The notes below the pieces were generated by a model. That model did not search any database. It was not told where the DNA came from and worked only from the letters and a program-made list of their open reading frames with translations. DNA of 64,000 nucleotides, taken from positions 123,256,001 to 123,320,000 of the forward strand of contig OZ024745.1 of the NCBI GenBank assembly GCA_964016885.1. Direction: 5' to 3'. A program made the translations under genes and the position numbers. Positions 38,995-53,479 of the stretch are shown here, piece by piece; position 1 is the first letter of the stretch, and every line of letters begins with the position of its first letter. The DNA comes from Eledone cirrhosa. Lineage: Eukaryota.

Positions 38995-41900
38995 TACCTT
39001 CATACATCTACATACACATACTTACACCACATACATCTACATACATATACTTACACCACATACATCTACATACATATACTTACACCACATACATCTACAT
39101 AGATATACTTATACCACATACATCTACATACATATACTTACACCACATACATCTACATACACATACTTACACCACATACATCTACATACATATACTTACA
39201 CCACATACATCTACATACATATACTTACACCACATACATCTACATAGATATACTTATACCACATACATCTACATACACATACTTATACCACATACATCTA
39301 CATACACATACTTACACCATATACATCTACATACATATACTTATACCACATACATCTACATACATATACTTACACCATATACATCTACATACACATACTT
39401 ATACCACATACATCTACATACACATACTTACACCACATACATCTACATACATATACTTACACCACATACATCTACATACACATACTTACACCACATACAT
39501 CTACATACACATACTTACACCACATACATCTACATACACATACTTACACCACATACATCTACATACACATACTTATACCACATACATCTACATACACATA
39601 CTTACACCATATACATCTACATACATATACTTATACCACATACATCTACATACATATACTTACACCATATACATCTACATACACATACTTATACCACATA
39701 CATCTACATACATATACTTATACCACATACATCTACATACATATACTTACACCACATACATCTACATACACATACTTACACCACATACATCTACATACAT
39801 ATACTTACACCACATACATCTACATACACATACTTATACCACATACATCTACATACACATACTTATACCACATACATCTACATACACATACTTACACCAC
39901 ATACATCTACATACATATACTTACACCACATACATCTACATACATATACTTATACCACATACATCTACATACATATACTTACACCATATACATCTACATA
40001 CACATACTTATACCACATACATCTACATACATATACTTATACCACATACATCTACATACACATACTTACACCACATACATCTACATACACATACTTATAC
40101 CACATACATCTACATACATATACTTACACCACATACATCTACATACACATACTTACACCACATACATATACATACACATACTTACACCACATACATATAC
40201 ATACACATACTTACACCACATACATCTACATACATATACTTATACCACATACATATACATACACATACTTACACCACATACATCTACATACATATACTTA
40301 CACCACATACATCTACATACACATACTTACACCACATACATCTACATACATATACTTACACCATATACATCGACATACACATACTTACACCACATACATC
40401 TACATACATATACTTACACCATATACATCGACATACACATACTTACACCATATACATCTACATACATATACTTACACCATATACATCGACATACACATAC
40501 TTACACCACATACATATACATACACATACTTATACCACATACATCTACATACACATACTTACACCACATACATATACATACACATACTTACACCACATAC
40601 ATCTACATACACATACTTACACCACATACATCTACATACACATACTTACACCACATACATCTACATAGATATACTTACACCACATACATCTACATACACA
40701 TACTTACACCATATTCATATACATACACATACTTACACCACATACATCTACATACATATACTTACACCACATACATCTACATACACATACTTACACCACA
40801 TACATCTACATACACATACTTACACCACATACATCTACATACACATACTTACACCACATACATCTACATACATATACTTACACCACATACATCTACATAC
40901 ATATACTTACACCACATACATCTACATACATATACTTATACCACATACATCTACATACACATACTTACACCACATACATCTACATACACATACTTATACC
41001 ACATACATCTACATACACATACTTACACCACATACATCTACATACACATACTTATACCACATACATCTACATACACATACTTACACCACATACATCTACA
41101 TACACATACTTATACCACATACATCTACATACACATACTTACACCACATACATCTACATACACATACTTATACCACATGCATCTACATACACATACTTAC
41201 ACCACATACATCTACATACACATACTTACACCACATACACATACTTACACCACATACATATACTTACATATACTTACACCACATACATCTACATACACAT
41301 ACTTATACCACATACATCTACATACATATACTTACACCACATACATCTACATACACATACTTACACCACATACATCTACATACACATACTTACACCACAT
41401 ACACATACTTACACCACATACATCTACATACACATACTTACACCATATACATCTACATACACATACTTACACCATATACATCTACATACACATACTTACA
41501 CCACATACATCTACATACACATACTTACACCATATACATCTACATACACATACTTACACCACATACATCTACATACACATACTTACACCACATACATCTA
41601 CATACACATACTTATACCACATACATCTACATACACATACTTACACCACATACATCTACATACATATACTTACACCACATACATCTACATACATATACTT
41701 ATACCACATACATATACTTACATATACTTACACCACATACATCTACATACATATACTTATACCACATACATCTACATAGATATACTTACACCACATACAT
41801 CTACATAGATATACTTACACCACATACATCTACATACATATACTTACACCACATACATCTACATAGATATACTTACACCACATACATCTACATACACATA

Positions 41901-42065
41901 CTTACACCACATACATCTACATACATATACTTATACCACATACATATACTTACACCACATACATACTCAAAGATAGATTCATACATCTACACATACATCA
42001 CTGTATCCACATACATACTTAAAGATAGACACTTACATGTACATACACATACTTACACCACATAC
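38995..42065. repeat. 29-bp minisatellite, about 100 copies
   Basis: catacatctacatacacatacttacacca with C/T variants; plus strand almost G-free. Confidence 0.97.
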
Positions 42066-42589
42066 ATACACAAACATACAGACACATACATGTACATACA
42101 CACCAATGTATTAATTTGTACATACTTTTATAAATATGTACGCATGTTTAACTATAATTAAACAATAGCATAGCTCGGCCACCTACCCACATACATATAG
42201 ACACATACACACCACTATATTAATTTGTTTATACAACTATAAATATGTATATAGTTATGTGTATATATCTGACTAATTGTTTGCATGTTTATGGATAAGA
42301 ATATAATAAATAGGCAAATTATTTGTTTGCCTAAAAATAGATGAATTATTTCTATATTTATGAATTTATTTTATTTTATTTTATTTTACAGAGTAGGTAA
42401 AAATTAGAATAGCAATAATAATTTCAAGATCTTGTTATATTCTGAAAATAAGGAACACAATTAATTAAGAATTTCTTATAAAAGATGACTATCTATAAAA
42501 TAGAAATACAGACTATTCAATATTAGCAATTGTGTATCTAGAAGCCTACTGACATAGTTTCAGCATAATGGAAATTGGTGTGAGAATTA

Positions 42590-43163
42590 TTTTCCTTTCT
42601 AAAAGTAAGGCTATAGGATTTGGGGTCCAAGTACTTTCCACTATAGTTTGGTGAGAAGCTTGGCCTTAACTGCAGAAGATCTGTGAAGTTTAGAACATGC
42701 TATCAAATATCCCCTCATCCCTTCACACCCATACTATCAAATATCATCCCCTAAAGGTTGATCGAAACCTTGGAGTGGGGAGACCCAAGAAGACCTGGAA
42801 TGAGGTGATAAAAACTGACCTCTCAAAGGCGATGACACGGGACCAAGACCTCTGGCGATATGCAGTAGTACAGAAGACTCAACTTCCCACGGGTACAAGC
42901 CAACGCTAAAGCATATAGACAATATGCCCCACACCTCTCCCGCTGTAAAGTGGTCGTGTAGGTGCCACGACAAAAAGCACCCAGTACTCACTGTAAATGA
43001 GGTTGGTGTTAGGAAGGGTATCCAGCTGTAGAAATCAAGCCAGAATCAGTTCCTGTATGAGCACCTGACCTGGCATTGCCCACGACAGGACAACTTGTCT
43101 AACCCATGCTAGCATGGAAGAATGGACGTAAAACGGTGATGTTGATGATGATGATGATGATGA
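42590..43163 (+). mobile_element. RTE fragments plus SINE-2/RTE tail
   Basis: GRPKKTWNEVIKTD, RDQDLWR, (GAT)n. Confidence 0.75.
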
Positions 43164-43932
43164 CCCTCACATACCCATACTATCAAATATGACCTCATCC
43201 TCTTCACACACACATATTATAAAATATCACATCATCCCCTCATACCCATCACCTTGTCAAATCCCATCATTTAGAGTGAACCCAAAGATTCTCACCTCTC
43301 CTACCTCCACCCATGACTACATACTTATCATCCGTCTTACCTCCTCCACATCCTATTCCTTCTTCCCCACATATGGCAGAGAGGATTCTTCAGTTGAGTC
43401 AATGACTAAGAAACTCTCTAGTGCTGGTGCAAAACAAATGCATCCAGTACACCCTGTAAGATGGTTTATGATAGCAAAAATACCCAAATATAGAAACCAT
43501 GCCAAAAAAAGGCCGAAAGGATCTTCAGTGTACCAAGAGCAAGACAACCTCCCTAGTGTAGGTGAAGGGATAAACACACCATGTGCACTCTGTATAGTGG
43601 TTGGTGATAAAAAGGAAAACAGTCCATAGAAAATTTGCCAAATAAAGGATCTGGAGGATTCTTCACTACTGTCAAAAATATGACAACCTCTCTATTGCTG
43701 ATGCCAAGATAAAATGCACCCAGTGCACTCTGTATAGTGCAGTAACATATGTGAGATGCCTCACCAATATGATAGGTCAGTAGAACTGATTAAGTACTGA
43801 GTTGGCCTCTAACAACTCATCCAATGATGATGGTGATGCTATATGTGTGTGTGAATGAGAGAAAGAGTGGAGGGAGTCTGTGTTTACATTTACAGCTTGT
43901 TTATTTGTTTGTATCCTGTAACTGAGTGATTC

Positions 43933-44360
43933 AACCCTTTACCATTTACATTACTCTATATATACTATTATATTTTCATGGTAAAGGACGGTGGATTGGC
44001 AGAATCGGTAGAGGGTTGGACATGCTTTCCAGCATAGTTACGTCCCTTTACGATCTGAGTTCAAATCCCGCCATGGTTAACTTTGCCTTTCATCCTTACG
44101 AGGTTGATAAAATAAAGTACCAGTAATGTACTGGGTAATTGCTGGCCTTGTGCTGAAAGTAGAAACAATTATATTTTCATGGTAAAGGCTTTATCTCACA
44201 TAATTATCTCATATAATATCGAATCTATGAGATTTTGATATTATTTATTTTGAGAGCAATACCTTAACAACAGTATGAATAGCCGGTTACAGCCAGTTTG
44301 AACAGAAAGAGATGAGGGAATTCTGGCCGGATATGGCCGCTTTAAATGCTAAAGGGTTAA
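43933..44360. mobile_element. MITE A containing a SINE-1 insertion with a ~21-bp target-site duplication
   Basis: attatattttcatggtaaagg at 43967-43987 and 44168-44188. Confidence 0.85.
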
Positions 44361-44850
44361 CAAATAACAATTTATAAATAATTTCCAGACTTGAAAAAAA
44401 GAAGTACTTAGTTGATATTTTAACCCTTTAGCATTCACATTACTCTATATATACTATTATATTTTCATGATAAAGGCTTTACCTCACATAATTATCTCAC
44501 ATAATATCGAATCTATGAGATTTTGAAAGTATTTATTTTGAGAACAATACCTTAACATCAGTTTGAGCAACCAGTTACAGCCAGTTTCAACAGAAAAAGG
44601 TAAAGAATTCTGGCCGGTTTTGGTCGGTTTGAACATTAAAGAGTTAAAGTAAATTCCTTGAAAGTAGAGTCCCCAGCATGGCCACAGTCTAATAACTGAA
44701 TCTAGTGAAAGAATATTAGCATTTTAAAAGATATAAGTAAATGGATCTCAGCCAGTTTCAACAACATTATGGTGTTGCTTATTAAATTGGTGTGAAAGTG
44801 GCTGAGTATTCCACAAACATGTATACCTTCAATGTAATTTGCAGGCATTG

Positions 44851-45180
44851 TGAAGGCGCATGGCTTAGTGGTTAGAGCTTTGGGCTTGCAATTGGAAGGT
44901 TGTGAGTTCAATTCTTGGACCGGGTGATGCATGTGTCCTTGAGCAAGACACTTTATTTCACGTAGCTCCAGTTTACTCTGTAGAAATGAGTTGTGACGTC
45001 ACTGGTGCCAAGCTGTATCGGCTTTTACCTTTCCCTTGTACAACATCAGTGGCATGGAGAGGGGAGGCTGGTATGCATGGGTGACTGCTGGTCTTCCACA
45101 AAACAAAATTGCCCAGGCTTGTGCCTCGGAGGGAAACTTTCTAGGTGCAAAACCATGGTCATTTGTGACCGAGTGGGCTC
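44851..45180 (+). mobile_element. SINE family 2 variant
   Basis: same tRNA head and core with a different 3' part; matches 52385-52716 on the minus strand. Confidence 0.85.
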
Positions 45181-46855
45181 TTTAATCTGCAGGCAGATTC
45201 AGCATGACACAAGTATGGATTTTTAAAATTACAAGTACAAACCATATGGCTGGCTTGCACAGTTTTTGTTAACCCTTTACAATTTAAACCAGCCCTATCT
45301 GGCCAGAATTCTCTCACATCTTTCTGTTCAAACCGACTGTAACGGGCTGCTCATACTGATGTTAAGGTATTGTTCTCAAAATGAATAATATCAAAATCTT
45401 ATAGGTTAGATATTATGTGAGACAGTTATGTGAAATAAAGTGCTAATGATGAAAATACAATAGTAAATATAGAGTAATGTAAATGTTAAAGGGTTAAACC
45501 AGTTTCACTCACAAAAATTTGCTCAACTCTGAGATTTGGTAAGAGACAGTAACCCAAGATACCACATGATGCTATCAGACCTGAGATCTCATGATTGCAA
45601 AGCAAGAGTTTTAACTATTCATCAATGTTTTAAAAATACAACTTTACACAGCCTGTCGCTAGTTTTCAGATGGAAACAAAGATATTTTCTTCTTTCTCAG
45701 TCACCTTAACCCCGCAGCAATTTTCTTGTAAAATTTCGTTAGAATGAAATTTTACTAGAAGTTCATAGGTTGTTTCTTGTGAAAATAGTATTTAATAAAC
45801 GAACAATTGCTTCGCATTTCTCATTCTTAATTCTTGCATAGACATTTCATGTTAAACTGTGAAGGTTTGAAGCAAATTTATTTTGTAATATCTCTGAATG
45901 AAAGCTGAACAATTCTTTTAAGTCCAGCATGTAATATTTGACTTTTCAGAGTCACGTAACCTTATATTTATTATGGATAATTTTGCTTCCCCTTTGTTAC
46001 ATATGTTGACATAGAACACCTAGATCTCCAGGCTTCTAAACATTGTGGTGTTGCATTTCTTATGAGCAACTTTACATTAAAGAACATTCTTTATATTTAT
46101 TTGTACCACATTCCAAGAAAAATTGTTTGGTAACAACTCCCACTCCTACATATTCACACAAACACAACTCTAGGGCCTTTCATTAACTGAATTATGGAAC
46201 AAATTTTGCCAAAAGAAGAAGATACTCTGTTAATGTACCATTTGTATGTGCAGCTATGAAATTATCTGTTGAATTGAAAGATTGCAAAAACACATTGAAT
46301 TTCAAGTTGATAAATTTTTCAGCTTTTTCATCTGGGCAAAAAGCTGGGCACAGAATTTGGATAGGCACTTGAGGAAACTAAGTAGATACTGTGCTCAGCA
46401 GTATTTGATAGAGAACGTGCATGACTCTTTGGTTGGTTACCCCTACCACTTACTCTGATATGGTTGCCTGGGGATACAGCACTTTTTGCTCCCTTTTCTA
46501 CATGTTACTGGACATGTGTGTGAGGTAGTAAGAGATTTGAGGTAATCCTGGATAGAGTGAAGATGTACAGTGATCGTGAAAATAGCTACTAAATAGTAAT
46601 AGTGGAGGTGAGGCATGGATGGGTCATCACATACTTTATGGTAGTAAGTGAGCCTTCTCCAGCACCACATGAAGCCAATCCTTGCAGGGTTTTTGTCACC
46701 TCCAACAGTCAGTTTTCATTACTTCATTCCATAACTTCCTAGGTCTACCTCTTCCATAAGTCTCATTCACTGAGATTTCTTGGCACTTCTTTATACAGCT
46801 ATCTTCCATACATATCACATGTATATATTAACACAGCCTTCTCTCTTATAAACCA

Positions 46856-47026
46856 CCATATTTCCAGGTGCCGAAGATGCTTCATCCTCGAGGACACACC
46901 CTAATTTTGACAATCAAAAATTTGAAAAAAAAATAATAAACAACCTTCGGCCTCCAGTATACATGGTAGATTTTTTAGACTTATTTTCGGAAAAAAGTAG
47001 AGTCTTTGATGCCAGGAAATATAGTA
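46856..47026. mobile_element. Tc1/mariner-like MITE (second copy ~60895-61059, inside MITE A)
   Basis: TIR-like ends ccatatttccaggtg / ccaggaaata(c/t)ggta. Confidence 0.6.
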
Positions 47027-48554
47027 TATCCATGAGGCTCGCACCTGCTGCTAGCCAGCTCAGCGCCTATGGTCGAAAGTAGGGAGGTAACCCTAGGGCC
47101 AAGGATACCAGAAGTCTTCACTGCTAGGGACACAACCGCAAACTTGTCGGAGAGCAATCAATACTTGGAGAGTTTGCCCTCCTCAGCCCAAAATCACATG
47201 TATATAGCAACACAGACTTCTCTCTTATAAACTACATCCATATATATCTACCATATATATCACATGTACATACCAACACAGTCTTATATACTTCATTATA
47301 TATTATATTCCTGTTATAGTAAGCTTTTTTTCGCAGCTAGCTTATGCTACATCAGTCATGCACACTAACATTTCATACACATACACACACACACGCGCAC
47401 TCACACAAAAGATGGGACGGGCTTCCACTTTGTGTTTGTCTACCAAATATTCCACTCACAAGGCATTGGCCAACTAAATGCTACATTAGAATATACTTGT
47501 CTGAAGTACTGCAAAATCCTTAACCTTATAGTTATATGATTTTATTAATTTACTTAAATAACAAGAATTAAGATAAGAAAAAGAGAATAATTACTAAAAA
47601 ACCCCAATTAGTTTTGTGTTATATTTGCTGAGTTTTAAAGACCACCGAAAATAATGGGATGTTTTACTGTCATTCAAAAACTTAAATTAGTCTCAAGGTG
47701 AGAACTTTTTATTTGTATTCTCTCATGTCAACATCTTTTACATTCCTATACTTATTAGCTGTTAGTTGACAAGACCCCACAGTTATAATATATAAGTAGT
47801 TTAGTTTTACCTCCCAGTGATCTAAGCTGATGTAGATCAATAGCTCAGGAGAAAAGCAAGATAAGTCATTGCCTTGAAAAGGAAATGTCAAAATAGAGAC
47901 TAGTAGATAGAAAATTCACTTAAGTCTACACATCACCCAAAATTAATTGGCTTGGAAGCTCTTGTAGTACAGAACTTACAAGGAAATGCTAATGAAGAAG
48001 GTCGCCAAAGTCTTCTGTGACATTTAATAAAGTAACTGTCAACTCTTGAGAGGAATTAATTCTGTCAATGCTGATTAGTAGTTTTCTTTCACCAAATATT
48101 GGTATTAACTCAGTGTGTAATGGCACTCTTTTAAATTAGGTGTTCACTCTGGAATCAACAAAAGAAGATTTATGTTAACACTACCATAATTGTCTTTAAT
48201 TTCATTAGGAAATTGAAGTATATTTATACATTTTTCACCTATCAAATTATTAGTAATAATTTAAATAGTTGCTACTACCAATTTTGTTTTCTTTATTCCT
48301 TATTATTTTCACCAATTGCATATAAAAATGAAAATCATTTGCTGCAAACTATAACTAGAGTCAGTTGGGTTTGACTAGTCTTGAGATTTGAAGGCAAAAT
48401 TTATACTAAATTCTTGAGCATCCAATTCAAGATTTAAGCAGAAGCCAAACAAGCTACAGGTTAGGACCTCACAGACTTCAGAGGCTGCAGAATAATAAAA
48501 AAAACATAGATGCTTTCAGTTTTTGTGAAACCTTCTGGTTTATTCAGTAGATGT

Positions 48555-49252
48555 TGAGGGTAATTTGACAGTAGAAGTCGCAGTGATAGGCACATTTTTC
48601 AAATGCAGGTAGGATATATAGAGGTGGTTGATAGCTTCCGATAGCTAGGTGATCAGATTAGCAAGGGAAGAGGCTGCTCCGAGGCCATAGTATCTAGAAT
48701 AAGGTCAGGTTGGAAGAAGTTTAGGGAGCTGCTTCCTCTGTTGACAAAGAAGGGCTTCTCCCTACGAACAAAAGGCTGGTTATATGATGCCTGTGTAAGA
48801 TGCGCGATGCTGCATGGTAGTGAGACATGGGCAGCAACTGTGGAGGATATGCGACGGACGGCTGAAGAGAAATGAAGCAAACATGCTCCGATGGATGTGC
48901 AATGTCAATGTGCATCAATGACCAAACATAGATGAGTTGAGAGAAAAACTGTGTATAACAGGGATAAGCTGTAGTGTGCAGGAGAGAAGACTGCATCGGT
49001 ATAGACATGTGATGCGCATGAAGGTTGACCGCTGGGTAAAGAAGTGTCAAGAAATTCCAGTGGAAGGAAGACGTAGTAGAGGAAGACCACAAAAATCATG
49101 GGCAGAGGTGGTGAGAGCTGACCTCAGATCGCTGAAGCTCACAGAGGAAATGACAAAGGACCATGACGAATGGAGAGATGCTGAGCTGAATAGGACCCAT
49201 CCCACCCTTGCAAGCAGGGAAATGTAGACGTAAAAGGATGATGATGATGATG
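48555..49252 (+). mobile_element. RTE 3' part
   Basis: GWKKFRELLPLL, MLHGSETW, GRPQKSW, (GAT)n. Confidence 0.9.
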
Positions 49253-49974
49253 TGGTGTAATTTTTAGCAAAGGGTCTCAGTCTAAATTCAATACTTAATA
49301 CACTGAACATTTAAACCGGCCAAAATTGTTGGCCTTGTGCCTAAAGTAGAAACAATTATTATTGTTCTTATTCATGATGATTTACAGAGTAATTCAGTTG
49401 ACTAAAAATATCATTTCAGTCATCCATTTGGTTGTTTATTTACAGAGTAATATTTATTTCCCTTTTCGTATAGATACTGTTTATATTGCAAATACTGTAT
49501 AAGTTTTGTATTTTGAACTGATAATAAATAATAATAATAATTGTTTCTACTTTTGGCACAAGGCCAGCAATTACCCCAGTGTATTACTGGTACTTTATTT
49601 TTTTGACCCCCGTAAGGATGAAAAGCAAAGTTAACCTTGGCAAGTTTTGAACTCAAACCCTAAAGGGCTGTAACTCTATGCTACAAAGCATGTTGTTCAA
49701 TGCTCTACCAATACTGACAATCCACCGCCCTTAAACAATAATAATAATGATGAATTTCAACGTTTTATTTTTCTAATATTCGGAATGAAATTGACTGGCA
49801 ATCAAATTACCGGGGTTCAAATTACCAGAGTCAAAATACCGGGAGTGAAATTACTGGGAATTTGCTTTCCATGATGCAAGTTTCAACAAGACTTGACAAA
49901 AGTCAGATTGATGAAGAAGGATTGAGTGAAAATGAATACAAGGTAAGTTATCTTACTAATGCAGTGAAGATAAA

Positions 49975-50340
49975 TCATCATCATCATCGTTTTTAAGTCC
50001 ATTTTTTCTTGCTTGCATGGGATGGACAAGCTCTTTTTAAACCTGGTATCTCTCCATTCGCTGTGTTCCTTTGTTATCTCCTTTGTGAGTCTCAGTGATT
50101 TGAGAGCAGTTCTCACCACTTCTGCCCAGGTCTTTCTTGGGCAACCTCTACTGCCATTTCCATCTACTCTTATTTTCTAGCACTTCTTCACTTCACCCAG
50201 TGATAATCATTCATGTATATCACATGTCAGTACCAACACTGTCTTCTCTCTTGCACACCACTTCAGATTCCTCTTAATATCCAGTTTCTCCCTCAGTTCA
50301 TCCAAGCTTTGCCTTTCTCTTACATTTATATTGCACATCC
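49975..50340 (-). mobile_element. RTE 3' fragment
   Basis: homologous to other RTE tails. Confidence 0.75.
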
Positions 50341-53164
50341 AGTCTACACTAAATAGAAATATAAAGCATAAAATCTAAATATATAGCTTAAAAAGACAAT
50401 AGAATAACTTTTAAGTGAAAAACTTCCCATCCATAATTAGATGAACTAGCAGAAAAACCACCCTTTCGGTGTTTTTTTTGCTAGCATGTGTAGTGTGCAT
50501 ATTGATATTATATGCGAATATATATGCATTTACATATGCTACATCAAATAAAATCTTAATTGAGAATATGCACAGAAACTGAAGAAAGACTGTGTTACAC
50601 TCTCTTCTGTAATCATTAAAATAATCCATGATACATTTAAAAAAGACAATATATACAAACTGCATAAGGAGAAAATTAGTGATGGAAATATAAATTTTAT
50701 ATAATGATGCAAATCTTATATAACGATGCAAACCTTATATAACGATGCAAATCTTATATAACGATGAACGTTTATATAAGCGATGTAATGATGTAATGAG
50801 TGTTATAGTATAATTGTTTCTACTTTTGGCACAAGGCCAGCAATTACCCAGTGTATTACTAGTACTTTATTTTATCGACCCCGTAAGGATGAAAGGCAAA
50901 GTTAACCTCGGCGGGATGGACTCTAACCAGAAGTGTTGACATTTGAAAATTTTAAAGAAGTGAATCTTGAAATAAGCAATAAAATTATCTATATTTAATC
51001 AAGAGTTATGAAATTTAGTGGATAAATTATGTAATATTCATTCATTATTTATTCAAAGTAATCCAACTTATTTTACAAACGGGATAACAAATTATATTCA
51101 GGATGCACTCCTCCTTTTATTATATTAAGATAGGTCTGATAACTACTAGTAGGTTGTATCGATGAAGAGATTATTATATAAAATATTCAAGAAATATTGA
51201 AATTTCCGACGATGTACAGAAGATTGAAAGTATGAGAATGAAAATTTGTTGACTTGAGTTTAAGATCTTAATGTTCATTAACCTGTTGACTGCCACATAT
51301 ATTTTACAGTTGCTATGCGAGGGTGTTTTCAGTAAAATGATTATTTTGATTGACAAACGTCACATCAATAAACTAGTAACCCCATATAGTTTTGAACTGA
51401 TATAGTTATGAACTGATAGAAATGAGTTCATAACTTTGAAAATATAAACTTTCGGAAACGAGTTTATAACTTTGAAATTATAAACTTTCGGAAACGAGTT
51501 CATAACTTTGAAGTTATGAACTGTTGGAAACAAGTTCATAACTTTAAAGTTATGAACTGTTGGAAAAGAGTCCAAACATGTTAGGACTAGTTATCTCGTC
51601 CATGGCACTGGAATGCATACATGTTAAGACGAGTTATCTCATCTACGGCACTAAAGGGGTTAATGTTACTTAAGAACACATTTATAATGTGCAATCAAAT
51701 TCCAATAATATAGGAGGTTGAAAATGTAAGTAAAAGTGTGTCAGCCTTAAATTTGGGATATTTGGTTGTAGTGTTTACATTGCTTCAGAAATCACTAAAG
51801 AAGTCTTTATATTTGAACAATACCTTTCCCTCAAGATCTACAATTATTTCAATCATATCTACTTATAAGTTATTCTCATTATCTGCATTATATGATTTTA
51901 CATAGAATATAGAACCATTCCAGTACAAATATGTATATTCTGCAGATCTTCAAAATGATATTTAAAGGTTTCAAAGTTGGTAGTATGGATGAGTAGGCTG
52001 TTATTTGTAATATTCAAGAATTGTAGAAACTTTCTGTGATACACAGAAGAATTCTTGAAACCAATCTATTCTTCAAATAAACATATGTGCTTGAATATTC
52101 TTATATCTTTCTTTGAGAATCATTTGTGCACTTCATAAAATTCAGAATAATTCATCTAAATAAAACAGGTTATTCTTCTCATTGCCAAAGTTCACTGCTT
52201 CATGATGGATCCACATCATTAGGGAATGCCACATATGAATCAAAATATTTGACTAACTATTGTCAAATATGCGTTAAAGACAGAAAAACTTTATAAATAA
52301 TACACACAAGTTCACAAATACACAACATATACATATTTAACACTTACATCTTAATAACAACACACTTTCACTATAGGGTAAAGATCCCCTTTGGTCACAA
52401 ATGACCATGGCATTTGCATCTCGAAAGTTCCTCTTCGAGGCACAACTCTGGGCTAGGTTGTTTGAGGAAGACCAGCAGTCACCCATGCATACCAGCCTCC
52501 CCTATCCACACCAGCGATGATGTCCAAGCGAAAGGCAATGGCTGATACAGCTTGACACTAGTGACGTCACAACTCATTTCTACAGCTGAGTAAACTGGAG
52601 CAACGTGAAATAAAGTGTCTTGCTCAAGGACACAACGCATCATCCGGTCCAAGAATCAAACTCACAACCTTTTGTTTGCAAGCCCAATGCTCTAACTACT
52701 AAGCCATGTGCCTTCATTATAATGATCTATATAATTATACAAAAAAATAAACACATTCTCATACACACAACACATACACTTTAACAATTATAATTACATT
52801 CAAAAATATAAACTTACAAACATATGAATTACTCCCCCTGAATAACAAAAGCACCAAGTTTATTGTTATATTATTGTTACCTCCTTTGCACTTGACAAGA
52901 TTTCATGTATAAAATAACATCAGCCATCTTAGTCTCACCTGAAAGATAAGCAACACTAGAGGATGCTTTGAAACCTTAGGTGGCAAGCAACTGTGTTGAG
53001 GAATTATTTATTATATATTTTGGCTCTAAACTTAACATAGAGTGCACTTTTATTGTTTGATCCTCAGAAACTCTCATACTATATATATATATATATATAT
53101 ATATCAGATAGGGTGTGGTAAAATACCCACCAGAGTACTTGATACTTGGGTAGTAAAGTGGGTA

Positions 53165-53245
53165 ATATGAAAAGATTCGGGACCCCGAAGGTTGAGCTCC
53201 AGCTGTTTTGACAGCTCAGCAGTCGGGGTCCTGAATCTTTTCATA
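53165..53245. repeat. ~80-nt hairpin in a (TA)n-flanked element (relative at 12075-12200, opposite orientation)
   Basis: atatgaaaagattcgggaccccga / tcggggtcctgaatcttttcatat. Confidence 0.75.
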
Positions 53246-53297
53246 TATATATATATATATAGTAATAATACTTCTGCATTCACAGATTGGCTTTTTT

Positions 53298-53348
53298 AGT
53301 TTCAGAAGATCCCGTTAAGGGTGAAAGCAGTGATTCTTTGCTTAAACT
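53298..53348 (+). ncRNA. hammerhead-like motif with U4A core variant
   Basis: agttt-CAGAAGA-tCCCgttaaGGGt-GAA-AGCAG..TTGCT-T-aaact, then aataaa. Confidence 0.6.
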
Positions 53349-53364
53349 TTAATCTGTTATGTTA

Positions 53365-53406
<42 letters not shown>

Positions 53407-53479
53407 TCTCAGGTCTCGAATAACCCCCCCCCCCCCCTCTCACCCCCGTTAATAGTTTCTCAGTGAATGAAAATGAAAA

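Noticed and set aside
45680-48550. Possible coding sequence in unique-looking DNA (also 21150-22100 and 51700-52260)
   Set aside because: All frames are interrupted by stops; only faint resemblance to decayed hAT or L1-type proteins, too weak to call.
51147-51160. tagtaggttgtat matches 13 nt of let-7
   Set aside because: Seed region absent and no precursor hairpin; the tgaggtagt at 28319 lies at a hairpin loop and also does not extend.
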